Assembly: GCA_038231435.1 (NCBI GenBank)
Contig: JBBRLJ010000050.1
Span: 1 to 33,831 of the forward strand
Length of the DNA: 33,831 bases
Direction: 5' to 3'
Origin: Planctomycetota bacterium
GTDB lineage: Bacteria; Planctomycetota; UBA11346
The position numbers and the translations under genes were made by a program. How positions within the stretch are numbered: position 1 is the stretch's first letter; each line of letters begins with the position of its first letter. Positions 9,224-19,151 of this stretch are shown piece after piece. The notes beneath the pieces were generated by a model. That model worked only from the letters and a program-made list of their open reading frames with translations. It was not told the DNA's origin and did not search any database.

Positions 9224-10189
9224 CTAATGATGCCCGAGGTTGGCCAGGTAGCGCTCCGCCTCGAGCGCGGCCATGCAGCCCATGCCGGCAGCGGTCACAG
9301 CCTGCCGATAGACATGGTCGCGCACGTCGCCCGCGGCGAACAGGCCCTGGACGTTGGTCTGGCAGCCGTTCTTCACGTCGATGTAGCCGTTGTCGTCGAG
9401 CGTCACACCGGTGCCCTTGAGGAAGGCGGTGTTCGGGGTGTGGCCGATGGCCATGAACACGCCGCGCACCACCAGCCTACTCTCGGAGCGGTCGACCGTG
9501 TCGACCAGCGTGACCGCCTCGAGCTTTCCCTTATCGTCGGTGTGGTAGCCAAGGATGGTCTTGTTCCAGATCGCCTCGATCTTGGGATTCTTCAGCGCGC
9601 GCTCGGCCATGATCTTGGACGCGCGCAGCTCGCCGCGGCGATGCACCAGGAAGACCTTGTCCGCGAACTTGGTGAGGAAACTGGCCTCCTCACATGCGGT
9701 GTCGCCGCCGCCGATCACCGCCACCGGCACCTTCTTGTAGAACGCCCCGTCGCAGGTCGCGCAGGCGGTGAGGCCGCTCTTCTTGCCGGTGCCATCGAGG
9801 AATTCGGATTCGCCAGGCAGGCCGAGGTAACGCGCACTCGCGCCGGTCGCGATGATCACCGCGCGGAAATCGGCCTTTTCAGCGGTGCCCTGGTACATGT
9901 CGTTCCACGAGACCGTGAAGCCCTCATCGATCTTGACGATCGAGGTGACCTCGCAGCCGCCCTTGACCTCGGTTCCGAAGCGCACCGCCTGGGCCTCGAA
10001 GCGCGTCATGAGCTCGGGGCCCATGATCCCCTCGGGGAATCCGGGGTAATTCTCAACCTCGGTGGTGGTCGTGAGCTGTCCACCGGCCTGCCTGCCGGTG
10101 TAGAGCATGGGTGAGAGATTGGCGCGCGCCGCGTAGATGGCGGCGGTGTAACCCGCGGGGCCCGAACCGATGATGGCGAGATTCTGCAT
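9224..10189 (-). CDS. trxB: Thioredoxin-disulfide reductase
   Basis: [21 protein letters not shown], redox motif CATCDG, GGGDTA.EEA, FAAGDV...[11 protein letters not shown]. Confidence 0.96.
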   Translation of the reverse strand: MQNLAIIGSGPAGYTAAIYAARANLSPMLYTGRQAGGQLTTTTEVENYPGFPEGIMGPELMTRFEAQAVRFGTEVKGGCEVTSIVKIDEGFTVSWNDMYQGTAEKADFRAVIIATGASARYLGLPGESEFLDGTGKKSGLTACATCDGAFYKKVPVAVIGGGDTACEEASFLTKFADKVFLVHRRGELRASKIMAERALKNPKIEAIWNKTILGYHTDDKGKLEAVTLVDTVDRSESRLVVRGVFMAIGHTPNTAFLKGTGVTLDDNGYIDVKNGCQTNVQGLFAAGDVRDHVYRQAVTAAGMGCMAALEAERYLANLGHH

Positions 10190-10330
10190 GGCTGGCACCT
10201 TCGACTGACGGACCCTGTGATGACGATGGCCGTGAGGACGAGTCCACCCGGGCCCCCTGCCCAGTCAAGGGAGGGCAACCTATCGCGGCGATCGCTCCGA
10301 CGAGACCGCTGATTCCGAGGTGCCGATGGA

Positions 10331-11062
10331 TCAAGCGTATGCTGACAGCAGCGAGCGGCACGAACGCTCGACCGCCGAGACCAGCGCCGGCACGCACACT
10401 CCGACGGCGCCGAGGTGGGCGCAGAACGCACCATGACCACGCCCGGCGCGGTAATCGGGTTCACGGCTTGGGCTCGCGAGATAGCGGTCCATGAGCCTCG
10501 ACGCGTCGTCGACGAGCAGCACCCCCAGATAGATCACCAGTTTCCCTGTCTGGCGCATGGAAGCGCCGAGGATCTTGCGCGGCACGCCTGCGGATCCCGC
10601 GGCCCCACCCACGCCGTCCGCCGAGGCATCCACTGAGACATCCACTGAAGCAGGCACCGCGGAAGGCAACGCCAGATCCCCGAGCCCGCGCGAAAGCGGC
10701 CGGATCCCGCTTGCAGCCTCGACCGCCGGGATCAGCGCCGAGTTCACCCGTTCGAGGTACGACGAGGTGCCGACGTGATCCTTCACCAACCGCAACGCCA
10801 CCACCACCATTCCCGGAGCCAGCACCACCGCCCCACCGCCCGCCACCCGTCGATGGATCGGCACCCCGTCCGCGCGCGCCCGCGCGCACAGCACCTCCCG
10901 CTCCGGATCCTGATGCCGCCCAATCACCACCCGTACATCCCGCGGCTCGAACACCCGCATCCACGGCGACGCCGGATCGAGCACCGACTCCCCCAGCGGA
11001 TCCTCCGCCCCGCCCGGATTGGGTACGATCAGATCAGGCCGCGGCTCGATGAATCCGGACAT
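10331..11062 (-). CDS. Lipoate-protein ligase A family protein (BPL/LplA/LipB catalytic domain only)
   Basis: VVIGR.Q, RR..GGGAV, GD, RKILG..M, REPDYR..R.H..F motifs. Lies directly after lpdA. Start is uncertain (11062 or 11083). Confidence 0.8.
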   Translation of the reverse strand: MSGFIEPRPDLIVPNPGGAEDPLGESVLDPASPWMRVFEPRDVRVVIGRHQDPEREVLCARARADGVPIHRRVAGGGAVVLAPGMVVVALRLVKDHVGTSSYLERVNSALIPAVEAASGIRPLSRGLGDLALPSAVPASVDVSVDASADGVGGAAGSAGVPRKILGASMRQTGKLVIYLGVLLVDDASRLMDRYLASPSREPDYRAGRGHGAFCAHLGAVGVCVPALVSAVERSCRSLLSAYA

Positions 11063-11160
11063 CGCGGACGATTGAACCGCCACGGCGCCTCGACGCCACC
11101 TTCCACCTGGGCTGCCGATCCGCGCTGCGGATCAGATCCAGGCACCCCGCCTGGATCGCG

Positions 11161-11218
11161 CGCGTCAGCGCGCAGCAGCCGAGCGCTCGCGTCAGCGCGC
11201 AGCAGCCGAGCGCTCGCG
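11161..11218. repeat. 27-bp tandem duplication with related partial copies at 11334-11384
   Basis: CGCGTCAGCGCGCAGCAGCCGAGCGCT occurs at 11161 and 11188. Its first 20 nt recur at 11334. CGCGCAGCAGCCCGTGAA occurs at 11342 and 11367. Confidence 0.8.
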
Positions 11219-11220
11219 AT

Positions 11221-11273
11221 GGGGGGCAGCGCCGGAGGCGCGTTGATGGGGGGAGCGCCGCGATCCCCCCATC
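11221..11273. repeat. Intergenic hairpin repeat family 2, copy 1
   Basis: GGGGGGCAGCGCCGGAGGCGCGTTGATGGGGGG...CCCCCCATC aligns with 14259-14304. GATGGGGGGA/TCCCCCCATC stem. Confidence 0.65.
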
Positions 11274-11385
11274 TGAAGCAGGGCTGCCATCCGTCCGTCT
11301 CCGGACGGATGCGTCCGCGTCACGCGGACCAAGCGCGTCAGCGCGCAGCAGCCCGTGAAATCAAGCCGCGCAGCAGCCCGTGAAG

Positions 11386-12777
11386 TCACTGGTGGACGCA
11401 CTGCCCGAGCGCATCCGCGGCCGCTTCCATGACCGCCTCCGACAGCGTCGGATGCGCGTGGATCGTCTCCATGATCTCGCGCGCGGTGCACTCGAGCTTG
11501 AGCGCCAGGCCGAGCTCGGCCAACAGCTCGGTGGCATCGTAGCCCACCAGGTGCGCGCCAATCAGCTGATCGTACTCGGCATCGAAGATCAGCTTCACGA
11601 AGCCTTCGGGATGGTTGATGGCCTTGGCCTTGCCCGAGGCCAGGAATTGGAAACGGCCGATCTTGATCGGCCGGCCCAGCTCCTTCGCCTTCTTCTCGGT
11701 CAGACCGACGGACGCGACCTGCGGCTGGCAGTAGGTGCAGCCGGGGACCTGCGCGTAGTTCACCGGCGCGGGATGCCCGACGATGTGGCCAACGGCGGCC
11801 TCGCCCTCGAAGCTGGCCTTGTGCGCGAGCAGCTGCTTGCCGGCGACGTCGCCGATGGCGTAGATCGTGGGCGTCGCGGTCTGGCAGTTCTCGTCGACCT
11901 TGATGAAGCCGCGCTCGTCGAGCGTCACGCCGGCGCGGTCGAGGCCAAGCCCTTCGGTGTTCGCGACCATGCCGACCGCCACCAGCACCTTCTCGACCAC
12001 GACGGTCTCGGCCTTGCCCGCCTTGTCGAGATGAACGGTGACGCCGTTCGCGCCAACCTCGAGCTTCGCGACCTTGGTGGAGGTGTGCACGCTGACGCCG
12101 GCCTTGGTGAACGAGCGTTCGACCAGCTTGGCGACCTCGGCGTCCTCGACCGGCAGAACCTGGTCCATCACCTCGACGACGTGGACCTGAGTGCCGAGGG
12201 CGGCGTAGAAGTAGCCGAACTCCATGCCGATGGCGCCGGCGCCGATGCACAGCAGCGATTTCGGCTGCGCCGGCAGGCTCATGGCCTCGCGGTAGTTGAA
12301 GACGTTCTTGCCGTCGACCGGCAGATGCGGGAACGAACGGGCACGCGCGCCGGTGGCGATGATGAATGCATCCGCGCTGACGGCCTTCTTCGCGCCGTCC
12401 TTGCCGACGACCTCGATGGCGCCGGCCGAGGTGAACGCGGCGGTGCCGGGGATGGTGGTGATCTTGTTCTTCTTCATCAGGAACTCGATGCCCTTCGACA
12501 TCGCCGCCGCGACATCGCGCGAACGCTTGATGACCTGCGGGAAATCGGCCTTCACGTCCTTCGCCGAGATGCCGAAATCGGCAGCGTGCTTCATGCTGTC
12601 GAGCAGCTCGGCGCTCTTGAGCAGGGCCTTGGTGGGAATGCAGCCCCAATTCAGGCAGACGCCGCCGAGCGCGTCCTTCTCGACGATGCCGACCTTCTTG
12701 CCGTGCTGCGCCGCCTTGATCGCGGCCACGTAGCCGCCAGGTCCGGCACCGATGACGACCACATCGAAGTCTGGCAT
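11386..12777 (-). CDS. lpdA: Dihydrolipoamide dehydrogenase (E3)
   Basis: GAGPGGYVAAI, GGVCLNWGCIPTK, AIGDV...LLAHKA, HAHPTLSEA. Confidence 0.96.
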   Translation of the reverse strand: MPDFDVVVIGAGPGGYVAAIKAAQHGKKVGIVEKDALGGVCLNWGCIPTKALLKSAELLDSMKHAADFGISAKDVKADFPQVIKRSRDVAAAMSKGIEFLMKKNKITTIPGTAAFTSAGAIEVVGKDGAKKAVSADAFIIATGARARSFPHLPVDGKNVFNYREAMSLPAQPKSLLCIGAGAIGMEFGYFYAALGTQVHVVEVMDQVLPVEDAEVAKLVERSFTKAGVSVHTSTKVAKLEVGANGVTVHLDKAGKAETVVVEKVLVAVGMVANTEGLGLDRAGVTLDERGFIKVDENCQTATPTIYAIGDVAGKQLLAHKASFEGEAAVGHIVGHPAPVNYAQVPGCTYCQPQVASVGLTEKKAKELGRPIKIGRFQFLASGKAKAINHPEGFVKLIFDAEYDQLIGAHLVGYDATELLAELGLALKLECTAREIMETIHAHPTLSEAVMEAAADALGQCVHQ

Positions 12778-12852
12778 GGGATATTCCTTGGAAACCGAGT
12801 GGAGAGCCCGCGCGTCAGCGCGGAACGAAGAGGAATGCGCGCGGGCCGCGCG

Positions 12853-14178
12853 TCAGAGCAGCAGGGCGGCGGGGGCCTCGAGGAGCTCGCGCAGGGTCTT
12901 CATGAATTCGGCGCCAGTCGCGCCATCGACCACGCGATGGTCGGCCGACAGGGTCAGGCGCATGGTCTTGCCGGGCACCACCGCCCCGTCCTTGACCAGC
13001 GCCTCGTCCTTGATGCCGCCAACGGCGAGGATCGCGCACTGCGGCGGATTGATGATCGCCGAGAATTCCTCGATGCCGTACATGCCCAGGTTCGAGATGG
13101 TGAAGGTGCCGCCCTCGAACTCAGCGGGCTTGAGCTTGCCGGCCTGGGCCTTCTTGGCGAGCTCGCGCACGCCGTCCGAGATCTGGCGCACGTTCAAGGT
13201 GTGGGCCTTGAACAGGATCGGTGTGATCAGCCCGTCGGGGATCGCCACGGCGATCGAGATGTCGGCGGAATCGTAGGAGCGCACGGCGTTGCCGTGGTAG
13301 GTGCTGTTGACCTTCGGATGCATGCGCAGCGCCAGCGCGCATGCACGCACCACCAGGTCGTTGTAGGTGACCTTCACGCCGTCGATGACGTTGAGCTGCT
13401 CGCGGATCGCGACCAGGGCTCCGCAGTCGATGCGCTCGGTGATGTAGAAATGCGGGATCTGGGTCTTGGCCTCGAGCAGGCGCCGGCCAATCGCCGCGCG
13501 CATGGTCGACAGCCCGGTCTCGCTCACCGGCTGACCATCGGCGCGGAACGGCTTGAGCTTCGGCTTTTCCGGGCGGCCCGAGCTGCCGGATGCGCCGATC
13601 CTGGCCGCGCCGCTGGCGAGCGCCGCCTCGATGTCGCGCTTGATGATGCGGCCGTCGGGACCGGTGCCCTTGAGCGCGGAGAGGTCGAGCCGGCTCGCAG
13701 CGGCCATGCGCGACGCGACCGGGCTGACGCGCGCGCCTTTCGCCAGCCCGAGCGCCAGCGCGAGCGCGGGCGTCGGAGCCGAAGGTTGGGCTGGCGAGGG
13801 AGCAGCCGCCGCCGGCTTGGAAGACGGAGGCATCGCCGTCGTCGACTGGACCGGGCTGGCCACCGGGGCGCCGCCACCCGCCGCGAGTTCGGCATTGAGC
13901 TTCTTCGCCTTCTCGATGGCCGCCTTGGCGTCCTCGCCGTCCTTGGTGGTGAACACTGCGGCGACCATGTTGACCTTGGCCACCGTGCCGGCGGCGACCA
14001 GCACCGCCGCGACCGTGCCCGCATCCAGGCATTCCCAATCCACCACGGCCTTGTCGGTCTGGATCTCGGCCATCACCTGTCCGCTCTTCACCTTGTCACC
14101 CGCCTTGATGCGCCACGAGACGATCGTCCCCTCGGTCATGGTCGGAGAAAGCGCGGGCATTTTCTGTTCGATGATCAT
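12853..14178 (-). CDS. pdhC: Pyruvate dehydrogenase E2 dihydrolipoamide acetyltransferase (one lipoyl domain)
   Basis: MPALSPTM, lipoyl motif EIQTDKA, E3-binding GTGPDGRIIKRD, catalytic DHRVVDG. Start trimmed to ATG 14178. Confidence 0.93.
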   Translation of the reverse strand: MIIEQKMPALSPTMTEGTIVSWRIKAGDKVKSGQVMAEIQTDKAVVDWECLDAGTVAAVLVAAGTVAKVNMVAAVFTTKDGEDAKAAIEKAKKLNAELAAGGGAPVASPVQSTTAMPPSSKPAAAAPSPAQPSAPTPALALALGLAKGARVSPVASRMAAASRLDLSALKGTGPDGRIIKRDIEAALASGAARIGASGSSGRPEKPKLKPFRADGQPVSETGLSTMRAAIGRRLLEAKTQIPHFYITERIDCGALVAIREQLNVIDGVKVTYNDLVVRACALALRMHPKVNSTYHGNAVRSYDSADISIAVAIPDGLITPILFKAHTLNVRQISDGVRELAKKAQAGKLKPAEFEGGTFTISNLGMYGIEEFSAIINPPQCAILAVGGIKDEALVKDGAVVPGKTMRLTLSADHRVVDGATGAEFMKTLRELLEAPAALLL

Positions 14179-14258
14179 CGGATGTCTTCGCTGTAAGAGT
14201 TCATCGCCAACCTGAGTCTTCGCCTCGCCCAGCCTTCCCACCCAGCCCCCTGCCGCCT

Positions 14259-14304
14259 GGGGGGCAGCGCGGAGCGCGATGATGGGGGGCCGTAGCCCCA
14301 CATC
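14259..14304. repeat. Intergenic hairpin repeat family 2, copy 2 (abuts pdhB stop)
   Basis: GGGGGGCAGCGCGGAGCGCGATGATGGGGGGCCGTAGCCCCACATC aligns with 11221-11273. Confidence 0.65.
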
Positions 14305-15379
14305 ACAAATAGCACGCCTTCTTGACCGCCGCGAGGATGCGATGCGGTTTCGGCAGCGTCTCGTGCTCGAGGTTCGCCGCGTACGGCATCGGGTTCTCGG
14401 TGGTGGTGACGCGGCCCACCGGCGCGTCGAGATCGTCGAAGCAGCGCTCCTGGATCTGCGCGCAGATCTCGGCGCCGACGCCGCCTGTCTGGTAGCATTC
14501 CTCGACCACCACCAGGCGCGAGGTCTTGCGCACGCTCTGGGCGATGAGCTCGATGTCGAGCGGCTTGATGGTGCGCGGGTCGACGATCTCGCACTCGACG
14601 CCCTGCTTCGCCAGCTCCTCGGCGGCCTCCTTGGCCCAGTGCACGCAGCGGCTGAGCGCGACGATGGTGCAGTCCTTGCCGGGACGGACGATGGCGCCCT
14701 TGCCGATCTCGACCAGGTATTCCGCGATCGGGATCTCCTGCTCGAAATTGTAAAGCATCTCGTTCTCGAGGAAGCACACCGGGTTCGGCTGGCGCAGCGC
14801 CGACTTCAGCAGGCCCTTCGCGTCGTACGGGCTCGACGGCGAGATGACGATCAGGCCGGGGAAATGCGCGTACAGCGCCTCGACGGCGTGGCTGTGCTGG
14901 CTCGACACCCGCGGCCCCGCGCCGTTCGGCCCGCGCATCACCAGCGGCACCGGGAACATCCCGCCGGTCATGTAGCACATCTTGGAGGCGTTCGAGATGA
15001 TCTGATCGAAGGCCGGGAACGAGAAGTTCCAGCTCATGAACTCGATCACCGGGCGCAGGCCCGTCATCGCCGCGCCGATCGCGAGCCCGGCGAAGCCGCT
15101 CTCGGTGATGGGCGTGTCGATCACGCGCTTGGCGCCGAATTCTTCGAGCAGGCCCTTGGTGACCTTGTAGGCGCCGTTGTACTCGGCGACCTCCTCGCCC
15201 ATCATGAACACGCGCTCGTCGCGCTTCATCTCTTCATAGAGCGCCTGGCACAGCGCCATGCGCATGCTCGCCAACTGATAGCCGTCGCCGACCGGCACCG
15301 GCTTGAAGCCATTGATCGGCTCCTGCTGCGGGTTGAGCGGGCGCGAGGCCGGGCGTGGCGCAAGGGTGGCGCTGGTCAT
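14303..15379 (-). CDS. pdhB: Pyruvate dehydrogenase E1 beta subunit
   Basis: GEEVAEYNGAYKVT, DTPITESGFAG, LRPVIEFM, QHSH, CFDDLDAPV. Confidence 0.95.
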   Translation of the reverse strand: MTSATLAPRPASRPLNPQQEPINGFKPVPVGDGYQLASMRMALCQALYEEMKRDERVFMMGEEVAEYNGAYKVTKGLLEEFGAKRVIDTPITESGFAGLAIGAAMTGLRPVIEFMSWNFSFPAFDQIISNASKMCYMTGGMFPVPLVMRGPNGAGPRVSSQHSHAVEALYAHFPGLIVISPSSPYDAKGLLKSALRQPNPVCFLENEMLYNFEQEIPIAEYLVEIGKGAIVRPGKDCTIVALSRCVHWAKEAAEELAKQGVECEIVDPRTIKPLDIELIAQSVRKTSRLVVVEECYQTGGVGAEICAQIQERCFDDLDAPVGRVTTTENPMPYAANLEHETLPKPHRILAAVKKACYL

Positions 15380-15382
15380 TGG

Positions 15383-16438
15383 CTATTCCGCGTACACATG
15401 GCGGGTGAGCTCGGACAGCGGCGGTTCGGGGCTCTCCTCAGAGAACTTCACCGCCTCGAGGACGCGTTCGCGGGTCTCTTCGTCGATGCGCTCGGCATCG
15501 GCGGGGGTGAGCCAGTGTTCCGCGATGAGATCCACCTTGATGCGTTCGATCGGATCGAGGGCCTGGTACTTGGCCAACTCGTCCTTGGTGCGATAGGTGG
15601 CGGCGTCGGACACCGAATGGCCGCGATAGCGATAGGTCTTGGCCTCGATCAGCACTGGATTGCCCGTGCGCGCGAGGGCGATCGCCTCTTGGGCGACTTT
15701 CCAGGACGCGTAGAGATCGAGTCCGTCGTAGGTGAATGACGCCATGTTGTAACCGGGCGCCTTCGCGGCGGCGATGTCCTTGACCGCGACCGCGCGCGAG
15801 CACGCGGTGCCCATGCCGTACATGTTGTTCTCGATGACGTAGAGCGCGGGCAGCCGCCACAATCCGGCCATGTTCAGGCTCTCGTGGAAGGTGCCCTGGG
15901 GCGAGGCGCCATCGCCGAGAAAGGTGACCGAGACGCCGCCGGTGCCCAGGTATTTCGCCGTGAAGGCGGCGCCGGTGCCGACCGGGATCTGCCCGCCGAC
16001 GATGCCGTGGCCGCCGAGCATGCCCTTCTCCTTGGAGAAGAAGTGCATCGAGCCGCCCTTGCCACGGACGTTGCCGGTGACCTTGCCGAAGAGTTCGGCC
16101 ATCAGCTCCTTCGGATCGAGGCCGCAGAGCAGGGCCTGGGCGTGGCAGCGGTAGCTGGTGACTGAGTAGTCGCGTCCCGGCGACAGATGATCGAAGAAAG
16201 CGGTCGCGACCGCCTCCTGGCCGATGTACATGTGCAGGAAGCCGGCGATCTTCTTCTGCTGGTACATGTCGCCCGCGCGCTCCTCGAAGCGGCGGATCAG
16301 CAGCATCTTGCGGAACATGCCGATGAGCCGGTCCTTGCCGATCTCGGCGCGCACGCGCTTGGCGTCGACGCGATAGTACGGAGTCCCCGCGTCGTCCGCC
16401 GCGCTCACTGGTGGCTTCCCGATTTCAGTTGTCGGCAT
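15383..16438 (-). CDS. pdhA: Pyruvate dehydrogenase E1 alpha subunit
   Basis: GFLHMYIGQEA, GKGGSMH, TPP motif GDGA...ENN, TYRYRGHSVSD. ATG 16438 preceded by GAGAGG. Confidence 0.95.
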   Translation of the reverse strand: MPTTEIGKPPVSAADDAGTPYYRVDAKRVRAEIGKDRLIGMFRKMLLIRRFEERAGDMYQQKKIAGFLHMYIGQEAVATAFFDHLSPGRDYSVTSYRCHAQALLCGLDPKELMAELFGKVTGNVRGKGGSMHFFSKEKGMLGGHGIVGGQIPVGTGAAFTAKYLGTGGVSVTFLGDGASPQGTFHESLNMAGLWRLPALYVIENNMYGMGTACSRAVAVKDIAAAKAPGYNMASFTYDGLDLYASWKVAQEAIALARTGNPVLIEAKTYRYRGHSVSDAATYRTKDELAKYQALDPIERIKVDLIAEHWLTPADAERIDEETRERVLEAVKFSEESPEPPLSELTRHVYAE

Positions 16439-16487
16439 GCATCGCCTCTCATCGGTAATCGGAGTCGGAGCGCGCAGGAGCGGCCGG

Positions 16488-17159
16488 TCACTTCGCGGGG
16501 GCCGGAGCGACGGGGTCGGCGGGAACGGGAGTTGGAGCAGGAGCCGCGGGAGCCGGTGCCGTGGCAGCTGAGCCCTCGGCGGGTTTGGCATCGGCGGGTT
16601 TCGCGCCATCGGCGGGCACGGGAGCCGGAGCGGATGTCGTCGCGTCAGCGGGTTTGCCATCGGCGGGAAGCGCGGGGGCGGCGTCGGCCGGCTTCGCGGC
16701 GCCGTCGGTCGCCGGCTTCGCGGGCGCGGCGTCAGGGGCGAGCGTCGGCGACAGCTGGTCCTTGGTCGGCTCGGCGGGTGTCACCAGCACCGGAGCGACC
16801 GAGCCGTCCTTGGCATCGGCGGCTTTGGCCTCAGCGGATCCGGCTGGCGCCTTCATCTCGGACTCGACCTTCGCCGGGTTTGGCGCGACGATCGCCGGAT
16901 GATCGGCGGAACCGCCGCCGAGGCTGCCCTTGTGCGGGATCGCGAGGAACGTGACCATCGCCAGGAAGATCGCCGAGAGCCAACCGGTGAGCTTGGCCAT
17001 CTTGCGGCCGGCACCAACGCCGAGCGTGCTGTCGAGCTGGCCGCCGCCGCCGAAGGCGCTGGAGATGTCGCCGGCGCCGCCCTGCAGCAGGATCAGGCCG
17101 ATGATGGTCAGGCACAGCGGCCAGAGCACGATGTGCAGGGTGAAGATGAGGGTTTCCAT
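16488..17159 (-). CDS. secG: Preprotein translocase SecG with long Pro/Ala-rich C-terminal tail
   Basis: Two TM segments, ILLQ...G.ISSAFGGG, KLT. Immediately downstream of tpiA, the conserved tpiA-secG synteny. Confidence 0.88.
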   Translation of the reverse strand: METLIFTLHIVLWPLCLTIIGLILLQGGAGDISSAFGGGGQLDSTLGVGAGRKMAKLTGWLSAIFLAMVTFLAIPHKGSLGGGSADHPAIVAPNPAKVESEMKAPAGSAEAKAADAKDGSVAPVLVTPAEPTKDQLSPTLAPDAAPAKPATDGAAKPADAAPALPADGKPADATTSAPAPVPADGAKPADAKPAEGSAATAPAPAAPAPTPVPADPVAPAPAK

Positions 17160-17180
17160 CGGCGTCCGATCAGGTTCTGG

Positions 17181-17948
17181 TCAAGGATAGGCAGCGGCGC
17201 AGATGGCCGCGAAATCAGCGAGCTTGAGGCTGGCGCCGCCGACCAGCGCGCCATCGACGTCGGGCATGGACAGCAGCTCCTTGGCGTTGTCGGCCTTCAC
17301 CGAGCCGCCGTACTGGATGCGCACGCGGCTGGCCAGCGGGCCGACCGCCTGGGTGAGCAGGCCGCGGATGAAGGCATGCGCCTCCTGGGCCTGGGCGCTG
17401 GTGGCGGTGCGTCCGGTGCCGATCGCCCACACCGGCTCGTACGCCACGACCAGGGTCTCGAGCTGCGACGCCGGAAGCCCCTCGAGCGCACCCTTCATCT
17501 GGCGGGCGAGGACTTCCTGGAGCTTGCCGCCATCGCGCTCGGGCAGGGTCTCGCCCACGCACAGGATCGGGATCAGACCGTGTGCCAGTACCGCCTTGAG
17601 GCGCTTGTTGACGGTCTGGTCGGTCTCGCCGAAGAACTGCCGGCGCTCGCTGTGGCCGATGATGGCGTAGCGCGCGCCAGCGGACTTCAGCAGGCTGGCG
17701 GAGATCTCGCCGGTGAAGGCACCCTTCTCTTCCCAGTGCACGTTCTGGCCGCCGACGCCGACCGCGCTGCCGGCAACGGCCTTGGCGACGCTGGCGATGG
17801 CCAGGGCGGTCGGGCAGACCGCGACTTCGATGCCGCTGCTCGCCGCATCCTGGGCGAGGGCCTTGGCCAAACCCTGGGCCAGTGCCACCCCTTCGTCGAT
17901 GGTGAGGTTGAGCTTCCAATTGCCGGCGATGAACCGTTTCCGAGCCAT
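17181..17948 (-). CDS. tpiA: Triosephosphate isomerase
   Basis: AGNWK, GAFTGE, GHSERR, AYEPVWAIGTG, YGGSV, LVGGASL. Start trimmed to ATG 17948 (upstream GAGGGAAAG). Confidence 0.97.
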   Translation of the reverse strand: MARKRFIAGNWKLNLTIDEGVALAQGLAKALAQDAASSGIEVAVCPTALAIASVAKAVAGSAVGVGGQNVHWEEKGAFTGEISASLLKSAGARYAIIGHSERRQFFGETDQTVNKRLKAVLAHGLIPILCVGETLPERDGGKLQEVLARQMKGALEGLPASQLETLVVAYEPVWAIGTGRTATSAQAQEAHAFIRGLLTQAVGPLASRVRIQYGGSVKADNAKELLSMPDVDGALVGGASLKLADFAAICAAAYP

Positions 17949-18009
17949 GGACTTTCTTTCCCTCACGACCGCGATGCGACTTCTCCCGGGAGGCTCCGCG
18001 GGGGCCGCG

Positions 18010-18037
18010 ACCATAGGTAGGGCGTGGTGTGGGTCAA
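18010..18037 (-). promoter_or_regulatory. Possible proximal sigma70-type promoter for tpiA-secG-pdh
   Basis: Minus strand TTGACC-N16-TATGGT, about 60 nt upstream of the tpiA ATG. Confidence 0.4.
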
Positions 18038-18141
18038 TGGTAGGCGCCCAAGAATCGACGCTTTCCGCCCATTGCGGGGGTTTTTCGCCACAGCACACCC
18101 TGGCTGGACCCCCTGTATGGGAGTCGGAAGGCCATGTTGAC

Positions 18142-18170
18142 ATACTATGGGATAACTATTTTCGCGGCAA
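18142..18170 (-). promoter_or_regulatory. Possible distal sigma70-type promoter
   Basis: Minus strand TTGCCG-N17-TAGTAT with an AT-rich spacer, in the tpiA/tyrA divergent region. Confidence 0.45.
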
Positions 18171-18284
18171 TCCGCTTGATGTATCGAGAAAACCCATCCT
18201 CCACTCGCGCCCAGCGGTTCTTGGACCCCGCAGATCGCGCGCGAGCGCCCTTGCGCCCCCGTTTCGACGGCACAACCTCCCGCC

Positions 18285-19127
18285 ATGCCTCGATCTGGGC
18301 CGACAGTACTGGTGCACGGCCTCGGCCTGATGGGTGGCAGCCTCGCTGCCGCCCTGTCCGCGGCGGGATGGACGGTGCTGCTGCATCACCGCAGACCCGA
18401 GGTCGCCCATGACGCGGCGCGGCGCGGGTACGGCACCGCCATCGAGGCCCTCGCCGAGGCCGCCATCGCGGACATCGCCGTGGTCTGCACCCCGGTCGGA
18501 ACCATCCCCGTCGAGGTCAGGCGCGTGATGGCCGCCACCAGGGCGATCGTCACTGACGTCGGCTCGACCAAAGGCACCATCTGCCGCGACTTGGCCGATC
18601 AGCCGCGCTTCGTCGGCAGCCACCCGATGGCGGGCAGCCACCTCCAGGGGCTCGCGGCCGCCGATGCGCGCCTCTACCACGGCCGTCTGGCGATCGTCAC
18701 GCCGACGCCAGCCACCCCGGCAGCGGCCCTGGCTCTGGTCGAGCAGCTGTGGGCAGCGGTCGGCAGCCGCGTGGTGCGCCTCGATCCCGATCTCCACGAC
18801 CGCGCGGTGGCGCAGGCCTCGCACCTGCCGCATCTGCTCGCCTGCGCCGCGGCGGCGCAACTCGGCGGCGAGGCGGCGCCGCTCGCCGCGAGCGGATTCC
18901 GCGACACCACGCGCGTTGCCGCTGGTTCGCCGAAACTGTGGGCCGACATCCTCGCCCACAACGCGCCGGCGGTCGGTGCCGCGCTCGATCTCGCGATGGC
19001 CGGTCTGATCGAGCTGCGCGCGGCGCTTGCGCGTGGAGACGCAGCCGCACTAGAGGCTTGGCTCGAGGCCGCGCGGGCCGGACGGAGCCGCTTCGAACGC
19101 TCGCAGGGCGACGCTCCCGCGGGCTGA
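18285..19127 (+). CDS. tyrA: Prephenate/arogenate dehydrogenase
   Basis: GLGLMGGS Rossmann motif, TDVGSTK, HPMAGS, HD.AVA..SHLPH, GFRDTTR.A. Confidence 0.92.
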   Translation: MPRSGPTVLVHGLGLMGGSLAAALSAAGWTVLLHHRRPEVAHDAARRGYGTAIEALAEAAIADIAVVCTPVGTIPVEVRRVMAATRAIVTDVGSTKGTICRDLADQPRFVGSHPMAGSHLQGLAAADARLYHGRLAIVTPTPATPAAALALVEQLWAAVGSRVVRLDPDLHDRAVAQASHLPHLLACAAAAQLGGEAAPLAASGFRDTTRVAAGSPKLWADILAHNAPAVGAALDLAMAGLIELRAALARGDAAALEAWLEAARAGRSRFERSQGDAPAG

Positions 19128-19151
19128 GCCACGGCTCGGCGACGGCCTCTC

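Noticed and set aside
11380..15739. Long antisense ORFs (938 aa, 486 aa; similarly 5213..6976, 7654..9090, 25861..27102)
   Set aside because: Shadow ORFs opposite well-supported genes, expected from high-GC codon bias. They carry no recognisable motifs.
16439..16487. tRNA-Leu often found after secG
   Set aside because: Only 49 bp separate secG from pdhA and there is no cloverleaf.
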